From an uncultured Oscillospiraceae bacterium (GTDB lineage Bacteria; Bacillota; Clostridia; Oscillospirales; Ruminococcaceae), in assembly GCA_964391915.1 (NCBI GenBank), contig CAYMNV010000002.1, forward strand, positions 52,531 through 116,530: 64,000 nt of DNA. Direction: 5' to 3'. Positions 19,129-29,279 of this stretch are shown here, in pieces. The position numbers were made by a program, and so were the translations under genes. Positions within the stretch are counted from its first letter, which is position 1, and each line of letters begins with the position of its first letter. The notes beneath the pieces were generated by a model. The model saw only the letters and a list, made by a program, of their open reading frames with translations, did not search any database and was not told the DNA's origin.

Positions 19129-20214
19129 TTACAAAATCTGTTTTTCAAAGTCGCGCATGCATTCCACGAGCTTCACCACGCCTTCGGTCGGCATGGCGTT
19201 GTAGATCGAAGCCCGGCAGCCGCCGACAGCGCGGTGACCTTTGATGTTGATGAGGCCGCGTTCCTCCGCCATGCGGAGAAAATCGGCCGTCAGCTTCTCA
19301 TCGGGCAGCGTGAAGGTGACGTTCATGTCGGAACGGAATTCCTTCGCGGCGACCGGGCGGAAGAGCTTCGATTCGTCGAGCGCGGAGTAGAGGATCGCGG
19401 CTTTTTCGGCGTTATGCTTTTCCAGAGCGGGCACGCCGCCTTGGTCGAGCGCCCACTGATACACGAGCCCGGCGACGTAGATTGCGAAAGCCGGCGGCGT
19501 GTTGTACATGGATTCTGTCTCTGCCATGACTTTGTATTGCAGCATGGATGGGACGACGGGGTCGACCTCATCCGGAATTGCCGATTTTTTGAGAATGACA
19601 ACCGTGACGCCGGCGATGCCCATGTTTTTCTGGGCGCCTGCGTAAATCAGCGTGTATTTGCGGACGTCGATTACGCGGCCGAGGATCGCGGAGGACCAAT
19701 CCGCCACCAGCGGGATGCCGTTCGTCTCGGGCTCCGTCCGGTAGGCGGTGCCGTAGATCGTGTTGTTCCCGGTGATGTGCAGATAGCAGGCATCCGGAGA
19801 GAGCTTATCGGGCGTCAGCTCCGGAATCGTGGTGTAACCGGACAACGAGCCGTCGGAAACGGCATTGGCACAACACCACCTTTTCGCCTCTGCGAAGGCT
19901 TTTTTTGCAAAGACACCGGTGACGGCGTAATCCGCGGTCTGGCCGCGTTTTGCGAGGTTCATCGGCACCATGGAGAACTGCAGGGAGGCGCCCCCCTGTA
20001 AAAAAAGCACCGCGTAGTCCTCCGGTATCTGCATCAGCTTCCGCAGAGTCTCTTCCGCGCGGCCGATGATGGCTTCATAGGCATGAGATCGATGGCTCAT
20101 CTCCATGACGCTGCATCCCGCGCCGGGATAGCAGACCAGATCCCGCTGCGCCTGTTCGAGCACAGGCAGCGGCAGCATCGACGGTCCCGCGGAGAAGTTA
20201 TACACCCGATCCAT
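19129..20214 (-). CDS. serC: Phosphoserine aminotransferase
   Basis: MDRVYNFSAGPSMLPLPVLEQAQ N-terminus typical of SerC; class V aminotransferase length. ATG 20214 has AAAGGA 9 nt upstream (the track starts at GTG 20223). Confidence 0.85.
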   Translation of the reverse strand: MDRVYNFSAGPSMLPLPVLEQAQRDLVCYPGAGCSVMEMSHRSHAYEAIIGRAEETLRKLMQIPEDYAVLFLQGGASLQFSMVPMNLAKRGQTADYAVTGVFAKKAFAEAKRWCCANAVSDGSLSGYTTIPELTPDKLSPDACYLHITGNNTIYGTAYRTEPETNGIPLVADWSSAILGRVIDVRKYTLIYAGAQKNMGIAGVTVVILKKSAIPDEVDPVVPSMLQYKVMAETESMYNTPPAFAIYVAGLVYQWALDQGGVPALEKHNAEKAAILYSALDESKLFRPVAAKEFRSDMNVTFTLPDEKLTADFLRMAEERGLINIKGHRAVGGCRASIYNAMPTEGVVKLVECMRDFEKQIL

Positions 20215-20442
20215 CCGATTCACTCCTTTGAAAACAAGTTCTGCCGAGAAAGAGAGTATGTATCCAATATTCTACCATATCGCCGGAAATAATCAAGACT
20301 TTTTGAATAAAACCGAGAAATGAATTTCATAATTCATGAAAAAACGTCAGAAAACATGTTCTTTTATCCTTTTGAATGTTTGAAAAAACGCTTGATGATT
20401 CACAAAGAGAATGCTACACTATATCAAAAGGAGGGGAGGACC

Positions 20443-21033
20443 ATGCCGAAAAGGAATTCCCGCAACACAAAAAGCCGTATCGTCGACGCCGCGTGGCATC
20501 TCTTTTACCGGCAGGGGTACGACGACACAACCGTCGACGACATCATCGAGGAATCCGGCACCTCCAAGGGCTCGTTTTATCATTATTTTGAAGGAAAAGA
20601 TGCGCTGCTCTCCTCGCTCTCAATCCTCTTCGACGAAAAATACGAGGAGCTGGAGGAGACGGTGGACCCGGAGATGGATGCTTTCGACGAGCTCATCTAT
20701 CTCAATGAGGAGCTCTTCGGCATGATCGAAAACACGGTCGCAATCGACCTGCTTGCGCGCCTCTATTCCTCCCAGCTCGTGACAAAAGGCGACAAGCACC
20801 TGCTCGACCGCAACCGCACCTATTATAAACTCCTGCGGGCGATCGTGACAAGGGGGCAGGAGCGGGGCGAGCTCCGGGACGACGTCTCCGCCAACGAGAT
20901 CGTCAAGGCCTATGCGCTTCTCGAGCGCGCGCTGCTCTACGACTGGTGCATCTGCAACGGCGAGTACTCCCTGCGGCAGTATGCCAAACGCATGATGCCC
21001 GTGTTTTTGCATGAATTTCGAAAAAATATTTAA
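20443..21033 (+). CDS. TetR/AcrR-family transcriptional regulator
   Basis: Track ORF 20320..21033. ATG 20443 follows AAAGGAGGGGAGG. HTH block RIVDAAWHLFYRQGYDDTTVDDIIEESGTSKGSFYHYF. Confidence 0.9.
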   Translation: MPKRNSRNTKSRIVDAAWHLFYRQGYDDTTVDDIIEESGTSKGSFYHYFEGKDALLSSLSILFDEKYEELEETVDPEMDAFDELIYLNEELFGMIENTVAIDLLARLYSSQLVTKGDKHLLDRNRTYYKLLRAIVTRGQERGELRDDVSANEIVKAYALLERALLYDWCICNGEYSLRQYAKRMMPVFLHEFRKNI

Positions 21034-21224
21034 AAAAATATTTTTTTCGTATAATTTAAAGTCTAACAATAAATACATAAATGGAATAGCATAACTAAAA
21101 CAAAATTTCGCTGTAAATGCCGGACGGGAACGGGATGGAGTATATACTTCGTTCTGTATTCTCGTACGGTATTTTTTGTGTTATAATCACTTCATTCTGG
21201 AATAACCGAATGGGGTGATAGTTT

Positions 21225-22766
21225 ATGACACAGGGACAGATCTTTATGACGGTATCGATTGTCCTCTACATTGTATCGGTGATCGTCGTGGGCCTGTGGT
21301 ACGCAAGAAAAAATAAAAACACCGACGATTTCTATATCGGCGGCAGGAGGCTCGGACCGTATGTGACGGCGATGAGTGCCGAGGCCACCGATATGAGCGC
21401 GTGGCTGCTGATGGGCCTTCCGGGCACGGCCTATTTTTTCGGCACGGCGGAAGCCTTCTGGACGGCGGTCGGTCTTGCGGCCGGCACCTATCTTGCGTGG
21501 TTGATTGAGGCAAAGCGTCTGCGCCGTTATTCTCAGGCGGTTGACGCCATCACGATCCCGGATTTCTTTGCGAACCGGTTTCATGATAAAAGTAAGCTGC
21601 TGCTGCTGATCTCCTCCGTGACGATCATCGTCTTTTTTGTGCCGTATACTTCCTCCGGCTTTAACGCGAGCGGCAAGCTCTTTGCGAGCCTCTTCGGCGT
21701 GGATTACCGCGTGGCGATGCTTATCAGCGCGGTGGTCATTGTGTTTTATACCGCGCTGGGCGGCTTCCTTGCGGAGTCCGTCACCGACGTGATCCAAGGC
21801 GTCATCATGAGCTTTTCGCTCGGCTTCGTTTTCATCTACGGCGTGGTTCATGCCGGCGGCTTCGGCAACGTAATCGAGAACGCCTCCAAACTGCCCGGCT
21901 ATCTGAGCGTCTCCGCAAGCTATGTCTGGGAGACCGGAGGCAGTCAGCCCTATACGGTGATCGCGGCGATCTGCCTCTTAGCATGGGGGCTCGGCTATTT
22001 CGGCATGCCGCACTTCATTCTGCGCTTCATGGCGATCGAGGATGAAAATAAGATCAAGGTCGCGCGCAGGGTCGCCTCCATTTGGGTCGTCCTCTCCATG
22101 GGCGTCGCCATCCTGATCGGCGTCACCGGCTTCAGCCTTTCGAAGGACGGCATGATCGGCACCCTCAATACATACAGCGACGCGGAAACCATCATCGTTA
22201 TCATTTCCAATTTCCTGAGCCAAAACGGCATCATTGCGGCGCTGCTGGCCGGCCTTGTCATCGCGGGTATCCTTGCGAGCACGATGTCCACCTCCGACTC
22301 GCAGCTGCTGGTCGCCTCCTCGGCCATCGCGCAGAATGTACTGCAGGGCGTCTTCGGCGTAAAGCTCACGGAGAAACAGTCCATGCTGGCGGCGAGGCTC
22401 ACGGTCATCGGAATCGCGGTCGTCTCCGCCGTCGAGGCGTGGGAACCCGCCTCCGTCTTCTCCATTGTCTCCTTCGCGTGGGCGGGCTTCGGCGCCGCAT
22501 TCGGGCCGGTCATGCTCTGCGGGCTGTTCTGGAGGCGGACCAACCGCACCGGCGCTCTGGCAGGCATGATCTCCGGTGGAGCGATGGTGTTTATCTGGAA
22601 ATATCTCGTCCGTCCGCTGGGCGGCGCGTGGAACGTCTACGAACTGCTTCCGGCCTTCCTGTTCGGCTTGGCGGTGATCATTGTGGTGAGCCTGCTGACC
22701 GAGAAGCCCTCCGCCGAAATGGAGCGCGAATTCGATTATGCGGCCGGAAAGGTAAACCTCAACTGA
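21225..22766 (+). CDS. putP: Sodium/proline symporter (SSS family)
   Basis: 513-aa polytopic ORF. N-terminus GLWYARKNKNTDDFYIGGRRLGPYVTAMSAEATDMSAWLLMGLPG matches the conserved PutP/SSS opening. A TGtTATAAT promoter element lies upstream at about 21176-21184. Confidence 0.8.
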   Translation: MTQGQIFMTVSIVLYIVSVIVVGLWYARKNKNTDDFYIGGRRLGPYVTAMSAEATDMSAWLLMGLPGTAYFFGTAEAFWTAVGLAAGTYLAWLIEAKRLRRYSQAVDAITIPDFFANRFHDKSKLLLLISSVTIIVFFVPYTSSGFNASGKLFASLFGVDYRVAMLISAVVIVFYTALGGFLAESVTDVIQGVIMSFSLGFVFIYGVVHAGGFGNVIENASKLPGYLSVSASYVWETGGSQPYTVIAAICLLAWGLGYFGMPHFILRFMAIEDENKIKVARRVASIWVVLSMGVAILIGVTGFSLSKDGMIGTLNTYSDAETIIVIISNFLSQNGIIAALLAGLVIAGILASTMSTSDSQLLVASSAIAQNVLQGVFGVKLTEKQSMLAARLTVIGIAVVSAVEAWEPASVFSIVSFAWAGFGAAFGPVMLCGLFWRRTNRTGALAGMISGGAMVFIWKYLVRPLGGAWNVYELLPAFLFGLAVIIVVSLLTEKPSAEMEREFDYAAGKVNLN

Positions 22767-22841
22767 TCTTTTCGATGAATCGCTTGTTGCCGGCGTTTCC
22801 GCCCGACGGGAACGCCGGATTCAAAAATTCCTCCAACGTGT

Positions 22842-22879
22842 CAAAACCCCCTCCGGATGTTGATCCTGAGGGGGTTTTG
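22842..22879. terminator. Bidirectional hairpin between convergent genes
   Basis: 12-bp arms CAAAACCCCCTC / GAGGGGGTTTTG with U-rich flanks in both orientations. Confidence 0.7.
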
Positions 22880-22969
22880 GCGTATAAGAGAGCGTATCGG
22901 TTCGTTTGTGAGCGCCGAAGCGCCGCCCAAACAATGCGGGGAGTTTTGAAGCGTGGGTTCCGGCCTCGC

Positions 22970-24544
22970 TCAGGCTTGAATGAGGAATTCCGCCGAGGCC
23001 CAGCCGACCGTATCGCCGTAGACGACGTAGCACCAGCCGTCCGCCTCCTGCAGCACGATCGCTTTTGCATTTTCGGGAATGATGCCGAGCTTCTCATAAT
23101 CCGCGCCGGGGCCGGAGCGGATATAAAGACCTCCTTCGGCGGTGCAGGTGAAAGGGGACTCCTGTTTCCAGATCTGGAGGGCGTGGGATTTCCCGGAGGT
23201 GAGGTTCATCGCGAGATGCGTGCCGTCATAGGCGCCGCCGTCGGGATAATAGAGAAAATAGGTGATCCCGTCGCTGAAATTCTGAAAATCAAGGTACCAG
23301 CCGTCCCTCGAAGCGCGAAGGCCGGAGGAGAGGTTTTCCACAATCGTTCCGTCATCCCGGAACGTGCAGAAATATAGGATCTGCTCTTCCTCGTTGAAAT
23401 AAGGAACGACATGCAGGCTCGAATCCTTCTTATCGGTCATCGGCTGCCAGGGAAGATAGACGCTGTCGTCGGAGAAGCCTTTTCCGCTGCCGCCGAGGAC
23501 GGCGGCCGGCTCCCACGGCGTTTCGGTTTCGGTATGATAGATAAAAATTTCATCGGCTTCTCCGTCGGTTATCGAGAAAGCGCCCGTGCTCAGAACGGAA
23601 AACTGCGGGGAATAAAACCGGCTGCCCCCGTACACAAGCGGATGCAGCTCCTGGGCGGAGGCGTCGTAATAGGCGACATCCATCAAGTCGTCAAGGTTGT
23701 TGTCGCGGTAAAGGTAGACGATGCGATCGTCCGGGGTGCCGTTCATTTTATAAGACGCCAGTTTTTCGGAATAAAAGACCGTATGGCCGAGCCCTTCGGG
23801 GATCTCGCGGACGGCGATCATCTCATCCATAATCGAAAAATCGATCAGCACCGTGCGGCCGGTCGCGGCATTCACAAGGCTGGGATAATAATCGTTTTCC
23901 AGACGGAAGACGGTATGGGCCTCGGCGTAGTCCTCCTCGGTGCCGAATTGGAGCTCCGATTCCCGGCCGAAAGCCCAGTAGATCAGGGATTCCGCCTGCG
24001 GCACATAGAAATCGCCGCTGCCGGCCAACACGGCGTACTGATCGATGCAGACGAACGCGAGCCGGTCGTAGGTGCCGGAGGTGTCGCTTCCCAGCATGAC
24101 GAAGCGCAGAGGCATCCACTGGTCGCGCCACGAATAAGTATAGGGGTCATACATCCCCGTCTGAAGGACGTAGTGGTCGTCTTCAAAAAGGACGTGCCAA
24201 TCCGAGAGGTCGCCGACGTCGCCGATATCTCCCATAATCCCGTCGAAATTCTCCGCCAGATAGGTTTGGCAGGATTTTGTCTCAAGGAACGGGGTGATTT
24301 CGCTGTCATCGGGCTTTTCCGTATCCGGTTCACCATCCGTGACCCAGCGGTCGAAATCCTCGCAGGAGATGGAAGGAAATATCCCATCCTCATTCGGCGC
24401 GGTCACTTCCGGCGGGAGATCCGCCCCGGCTCCGGAGGAAGCCTCCGTCTCGGCGGCGGAAGATTCCGGCTCCGGTACCTCCGTCTTTGCGCATCCGCCC
24501 AGCAGAACGATCAGCGCAAGAATCCACGGCAAAATTCGTCTCAT
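22970..24544 (-). CDS. Lipoprotein of unknown function with C-terminal SH3b-like domain
   Basis: Signal peptide plus lipobox (LIVLLGGC). The C-terminal ~60 aa (GGLYIRSGPGADYEKLGIIPENAKAIVLQEADGWCYVVYGDTVGWASAEFL) is bacterial-SH3-like. Confidence 0.7.
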   Translation of the reverse strand: MRRILPWILALIVLLGGCAKTEVPEPESSAAETEASSGAGADLPPEVTAPNEDGIFPSISCEDFDRWVTDGEPDTEKPDDSEITPFLETKSCQTYLAENFDGIMGDIGDVGDLSDWHVLFEDDHYVLQTGMYDPYTYSWRDQWMPLRFVMLGSDTSGTYDRLAFVCIDQYAVLAGSGDFYVPQAESLIYWAFGRESELQFGTEEDYAEAHTVFRLENDYYPSLVNAATGRTVLIDFSIMDEMIAVREIPEGLGHTVFYSEKLASYKMNGTPDDRIVYLYRDNNLDDLMDVAYYDASAQELHPLVYGGSRFYSPQFSVLSTGAFSITDGEADEIFIYHTETETPWEPAAVLGGSGKGFSDDSVYLPWQPMTDKKDSSLHVVPYFNEEEQILYFCTFRDDGTIVENLSSGLRASRDGWYLDFQNFSDGITYFLYYPDGGAYDGTHLAMNLTSGKSHALQIWKQESPFTCTAEGGLYIRSGPGADYEKLGIIPENAKAIVLQEADGWCYVVYGDTVGWASAEFLIQA

Positions 24545-24614
24545 ACCCTACCTCCGTCAGATGTCAAAAATAGTTCCTCATTCATTCTATAAGATAGTAG
24601 TGGAAAATTCAATT

Positions 24615-24656
24615 CAAAAAAATGCCTCCGGAGGATTTGCAACCGGAGGCGTTTTT
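24615..24656 (-). terminator. Intrinsic terminator of ABC operon 1
   Basis: GCCTCCGG ... CCGGAGGC hairpin, with A7 on plus (T-run on minus) at 24615-24621. Confidence 0.7.
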
Positions 24657-24662
24657 ATGGAA

Positions 24663-25394
24663 TTACAATACGCAGCTCAGAAAATCTTTCGTGCGCTGCT
24701 CTTTCGGGTGGAGAATGATCTCCTTAGGAGGCCCTTCTTCCACGATGTGGCCGTCGGACATGAAGATCACGCGGTCCGCCACATCGCGGGCGAAGCCCAT
24801 CTCATGCGTGACGACGATCATCGTCATGCCGCCCTCCGCGAGCTCCCGCATGACCTGCAGCACCTCGCCGACCATCTCGGGGTCAAGGGCGGAGGTCGGT
24901 TCGTCGAAGAGCATGATCGCGGGATTCATCGCGAGCGCGCGGGCAATCGCGACGCGCTGCTGTTGGCCGCCGGAGAGCTGTCTCGGGAAGGCGTCCGCTT
25001 TGTCGCGCAGGCCGACACGATCCAGCAGCTCAAGCGCCCGCTTTTTCGCCTCGGCCCGGGTCATCTTCTTGAGGTCGACCGGAGCCATCATGATGTTCTC
25101 CGTCACGGAGAGGTGAGGGAAGAGGTTGAACTGCTGAAACACCATGCCGATGTTTTCGCGGACCTTGTTGATGTCGGTCTCCTTTTGGGAGATCTGCTGG
25201 CCGTTGATCTCGATCTCGCCGGAGGTCGGCTCCTCAAGGCGGTTGAGGCAGCGGAGAAACGTGGATTTTCCGGAACCGGAGGGGCCTATCATGCAGACGA
25301 CCTCGCCCTCTTCGACGTCGAGATCGAGGCCTTCCAGCACCGAAAGGCTGCCGAAGCTCTTGTAAAGGTTCCGGACTTTAACCTTTTGCGCCAC
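24663..25394 (-). CDS. Polar amino-acid ABC transporter, ATP-binding protein
   Basis: Walker [10 protein letters not shown], signature [15 protein letters not shown], Walker [13 protein letters not shown]. GlnQ/HisP-like. Confidence 0.9.
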   Translation of the reverse strand: MAQKVKVRNLYKSFGSLSVLEGLDLDVEEGEVVCMIGPSGSGKSTFLRCLNRLEEPTSGEIEINGQQISQKETDINKVRENIGMVFQQFNLFPHLSVTENIMMAPVDLKKMTRAEAKKRALELLDRVGLRDKADAFPRQLSGGQQQRVAIARALAMNPAIMLFDEPTSALDPEMVGEVLQVMRELAEGGMTMIVVTHEMGFARDVADRVIFMSDGHIVEEGPPKEIILHPKEQRTKDFLSCVL

Positions 25395-26055
25395 AGTCGA
25401 GCCCCCTTTCGATGCGGTTCATGAGGTACGAGAGGGCTGCGATCACCAATAGATAGACACAGCCGACCAAAATGTAGGTTTCAAAGCTCTTGAAGGAATA
25501 GCCGACGTAGATCTTGCCCTGATAAAATAGCTCGTTGAGGCCGATCACCTGCGCCAGGGAGGAATCCTTCAGCGTGATGATGAACTGGTTCCCGAGGGAG
25601 GGGATGCAGATCCGGATCGCCTGCGGCAGGATCACCTTCCGCATGGCGTGGCCCTTGGGTAGGCCGAGGCTGCGCGCGGCCTCCATCTGGCCGACATCGA
25701 CCGCCTGGATGCCGCCGCGGAAGATCTCGCTCAGATAGGCGCCGGCGTTCAGCGCGAGCGTGGCGATGGCGGCGGTGGTGATGCCGATGTTAAACTCCGG
25801 CATCCATATTTTCATAAGTTGGGGGAACCCGTACTTTACGAGGAAAAGCTGCACGATGAATGGCGTTCCGCGAATGACCCAGACATATGCCCTGGAGATC
25901 CATTTGAGGAAAAACACTTTCGACATCCCCATCAGGCAGGACATCAGCCCCAGAAAAAAGGCGATGAAGAGGGCAATCGCGGAGACTTTCAACGTCATGC
26001 CGAGGCCCTGCAGCAGCATCGGCCAGACGTCGAGAAATACGCCATAAAAGTCCAT
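25378..26055 (-). CDS. Polar amino-acid ABC transporter, permease
   Basis: 225-aa, 5-TM ORF with an EAA-like loop ([22 protein letters not shown]). Overlaps the ATPase gene by 17 nt. Confidence 0.9.
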   Translation of the reverse strand: MDFYGVFLDVWPMLLQGLGMTLKVSAIALFIAFFLGLMSCLMGMSKVFFLKWISRAYVWVIRGTPFIVQLFLVKYGFPQLMKIWMPEFNIGITTAAIATLALNAGAYLSEIFRGGIQAVDVGQMEAARSLGLPKGHAMRKVILPQAIRICIPSLGNQFIITLKDSSLAQVIGLNELFYQGKIYVGYSFKSFETYILVGCVYLLVIAALSYLMNRIERGLDCGAKG

Positions 26056-26159
26056 AATGAAACAACCCCAATACCATTTGATTTCCCATATAAAGAGAAT
26101 GCGGATAAGGACTTATCCGCATTCTGAAAAACATGGAATTTTGTTTTACGGAAAAACGA

Positions 26160-26921
26160 TCAGCCCTCGGAAATGTATTTGTCGAGGATTTCCTGATATT
26201 TGCCGTTCGCGATAATGTTGGCAAGTCCGTCGTTGAACATCTGAAGCAGTTCGGCGTTCTGGCCCTTCAGCACGGCGAAGCCGTAGGAGGAACCCTGAAC
26301 CATGTCGCCGACCATCTTGAGGCCGTTGCCCTGGCTGATGCCGTAGCCCATAACCGGATAATCCTCGACGCAGGCGTCGGCGTCTCCGGTCTTGACGGCT
26401 TCATACATATAAGCGGAATCATCGTAATAGACCAGCGTCAGGTTGTACTGATCCTTGATGGATTCCGCAAAAGAGGCGCCCTCGGTTCCGTTCTTGACGG
26501 CGACGGAGAGGCCCGTGAGATCCTCATAGGAAGCGATGGTGGAATCGGCCTTAACCGCGACAACCACGCCGCTGTCATAATATGCGGTGGAGAAGTCGTA
26601 GGTCTCTTTGCGCACGTCGGTGATGCTCATGCCGGCGATCATGCCGTCAACCTCGCCGGCCTGCAGCGCGGTGAGGGAGGCGTCAAAGCCAAGAGACTGA
26701 AGCTCATAATCAAAACCCTGATCCTCGGCTACCGCGGCCAGGATGTCGACATCGATGCCGACGAAGTTGCCGTCGCCGTCGGTGAACTCAAACGGAGCAA
26801 AGGTGGTGTCGGTGGCGATCAGGTATTTTTCCTTCTCAGGCTGTCGTTCGCACCCCGAAATACAGGCAACGAGCATCAGTGCCCCCAGAAAGAGTGAAAC
26901 AAAGCGTAAGAATTTTCTCAT
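26160..26921 (-). CDS. Polar amino-acid ABC transporter, substrate-binding lipoprotein
   Basis: Track ORF 26160..26951. ATG 26921 gives MRKFLRFVSLFLGALMLVACISGC (lipobox) and follows AAAAAGGAGG. Type 3 SBP-like (TDTTFAPFEF, DGMIAGMSIT). Confidence 0.85.
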   Translation of the reverse strand: MRKFLRFVSLFLGALMLVACISGCERQPEKEKYLIATDTTFAPFEFTDGDGNFVGIDVDILAAVAEDQGFDYELQSLGFDASLTALQAGEVDGMIAGMSITDVRKETYDFSTAYYDSGVVVAVKADSTIASYEDLTGLSVAVKNGTEGASFAESIKDQYNLTLVYYDDSAYMYEAVKTGDADACVEDYPVMGYGISQGNGLKMVGDMVQGSSYGFAVLKGQNAELLQMFNDGLANIIANGKYQEILDKYISEG

Positions 26922-26971
26922 GCGAATGACCTCCTTTTTCAGCGAATCCATGCCGGATTCAAATTTTCTAC

Positions 26972-27000
26972 ATTATATCACCGCGCATTTTGAATGTAAA
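26972..27000 (-). promoter_or_regulatory. Promoter of ABC operon 1
   Basis: On the minus strand: TTTACA, 17-nt spacer, TGaTATAAT (extended -10). Confidence 0.55.
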
Positions 27001-27241
27001 GAGGAAACTCGGAATTCATGCATTTCATTTTATTCCAAGCTGCAAGATTCCCCTTCAAAAAACGTGGAAACCGCCAAAATAGAGCGGAATAACGAATTTT
27101 TGCACGGATCCGGTGCAAATCATGAATTTAAATGACGAAAAAGATGCAGGATTTCGGGAGAACGGATGCAATTCTTTTAATATTATAGTATAATAATTCC
27201 ATTCGCGGCCAGAAACGGAAGGTGCGCTCCGGCCGGCGGGC

Positions 27242-28939
27242 TCACTCGTACGGGACGATCCTCACCGGATATCCGCCGGTGACAGGGTCTTTTCCGGTAT
27301 AATCGACGACGGCGGCCTCCCGCCCGGAGAAGAGCAGAGCAAACCCCCGCCGGACGCCGGTTTTCTGTTCCAATCCCGGACGCTGCTCGATCTCCCGCCG
27401 GATTTTTTTGATATCCGGGTCCTTTTTCTTCAGAAATTCCGGCAGCTTGCCGCCCGGGACCGTCGAGAGGCGGTCGATCAGCATGGCGTCCTTCAGGCGG
27501 TCGGGATCCGTGCCGGGCAGGCCGGAAAAATAGGCGCAGGCAAGCTCGGTAAAATCGTCCAGCGAAATGTCGGAGACATCCCGGGCGGCCGTCTCCTCGC
27601 CGAAGCAGCGGAACAGACTGTACGCGTCCACTTCGTCCGCTTCCGTGAGCAGATAGTCGACGGTTTTGCGGAAACGCCCGCTGTTGTAAAGCCGCTCGAG
27701 GGCGTCCTCCGTCCGGTGCAGACTTTGGAGCGCCCGTTCGGACATCCACGGCGTCTCGGTCACTTCATAGGGCGGGCGCCTGTCGAAGCGGCAGGGGTAA
27801 TCGACGGGGTTTTCGCGCATCGGTGCCCCGTGGAGCAGCTTCAGGAAGCCGAGCTGCAGCATGTCCGGCCGCAGGGCGAAGGCACGGTTGAAGCTGTCGA
27901 TGAAGGAGGGAAGGTCCTCGTAAGGAAGCCCGGCGATCAGGTCGATATGGATATGGATGTTGCGCGGCGCAAGCAGGGCGAGAATGTTGCGCTGCAGCTT
28001 TTCGAGGTCGGTTTTCCGCATCACGGCGGAGAGTGTCTGGCGGTTGAAGGACTGCAGGCCGATCTCAAGCTGGATGGAGCCTTTTGGCGCCGTATTGAGC
28101 AAAGCGACCGCTTCGTCGTCGAGAAGGTCGCCGGCGATCTCAAAGTGAAAACAGACCCCCTCCGGGATCCCAAGGCCCTGCTGCTCGATCACGAAGCGCC
28201 AGATCTCCATGGCGCGCTCCCGGTTGGCATTGAACGTGCGGTCCACGAGCTTAACGGTCCGCGCGCCGCTGTTGGCGAGAAACAGAATCTCGCGTTTCGC
28301 GCGGGCGACGGGGAAGAAGCGGACGCCGCCGCACCTGCCGGAGAGGCAGAACGCGCAGGAAAACGGGCATCCGCGGCTGGTTTCCAGATAGGCGATCCGG
28401 CCGTTCAGGGCGCGGAGATAGTCCTCGGAATAGGGGCACGGCGGCTCGGTATCCGGGAGAAACGGGGCGGCTTCCACGATGCCGTTCGCCTTCCGGAAGC
28501 AGAGTCCCGGGATGCCCTCCGGGTCTTCCCCGCGGGAGAGGGCCTCTGCGAGCTTTGCGAACGGGAGCTCGCCCTCGCCGGAAAGGATATAGTCGATCCA
28601 CGGGGAGGATTTGAGCAGCTCCGCCGCGCGGTAAGAGACCTCCGGCCCGCCGAGCACGAGTTTCGTTTCGGGGAAGCGGCGTTTGAGCTCCGGCGCGAGC
28701 TCCATGATCGTTGTGATGTTCCAGATGTAGCACGAGAAACCGAGAAGATCGGGTATCTGCTGCGACAGGCGGTCAAGGATCGCGTCACCGCTCTCGTTGA
28801 TCGTGCCCTCTATCACGCCGCAGGATACCGTGTCCCCGCAGGTCTCTTTCACCGCCGCGGAGAGATACCACGCCGCGAGCGAGGAATGAACGAATTTTGA
28901 ATTGAGCGAACAGACGGCTGTTCTGTATTTTGATTCCAT
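27242..28939 (-). CDS. B12-binding-domain radical SAM protein (DUF4080-type C-terminus)
   Basis: Track ORF 27242..28978; start taken as MESKYRTAVCSLNSKF. CxxxCxxC cluster SRGCPFSCAFCLS lies after a B12-binding-like N-domain, followed by a long C-terminal extension as in the widespread clostridial DUF4080 group. Confidence 0.75.
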   Translation of the reverse strand: MESKYRTAVCSLNSKFVHSSLAAWYLSAAVKETCGDTVSCGVIEGTINESGDAILDRLSQQIPDLLGFSCYIWNITTIMELAPELKRRFPETKLVLGGPEVSYRAAELLKSSPWIDYILSGEGELPFAKLAEALSRGEDPEGIPGLCFRKANGIVEAAPFLPDTEPPCPYSEDYLRALNGRIAYLETSRGCPFSCAFCLSGRCGGVRFFPVARAKREILFLANSGARTVKLVDRTFNANRERAMEIWRFVIEQQGLGIPEGVCFHFEIAGDLLDDEAVALLNTAPKGSIQLEIGLQSFNRQTLSAVMRKTDLEKLQRNILALLAPRNIHIHIDLIAGLPYEDLPSFIDSFNRAFALRPDMLQLGFLKLLHGAPMRENPVDYPCRFDRRPPYEVTETPWMSERALQSLHRTEDALERLYNSGRFRKTVDYLLTEADEVDAYSLFRCFGEETAARDVSDISLDDFTELACAYFSGLPGTDPDRLKDAMLIDRLSTVPGGKLPEFLKKKDPDIKKIRREIEQRPGLEQKTGVRRGFALLFSGREAAVVDYTGKDPVTGGYPVRIVPYE

Positions 28940-29081
28940 AAAATGCCTCCGTATGACGGGCTTCTTGAAAGATACCATAAATCCTGCTATAATTCAATAT
29001 ACCAAAAATCTCCCATCAGCAGGGAAAAAGGACAGGAATGTGAAAGATTTGCCTATCGAAAAGCCCGATAAAATATACCGA

Positions 29082-29213
29082 ATGGCCCACGATCCCGTGG
29101 AAAAACTGGCCGCGGGGCGGACCGTTCCCGTGATTCTCACCATGCTGATCACGAATCTTTACAGCATGGCGGAGAGGGCGGCGCCCGGATCAGCCGGCCG
29201 ATCGCCGGCGTGA
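29082..29213 (+). pseudogene. Possible 5' remnant of a MATE-family efflux transporter gene
   Basis: MAHDPVEKLAAGRTVPVILTMLITNLYSMAER resembles the conserved MATE N-terminus (..G.l...P.i...L...LY..vDr). The frame then ends after 44 codons and no transporter body follows. Confidence 0.3.
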
Positions 29214-29279
29214 TCACCCTTTGCCGCTCGCTGCCGATGGGGCTTTGCGTTCTGAAAACACTGCAGGGTGGTGAAGAAG

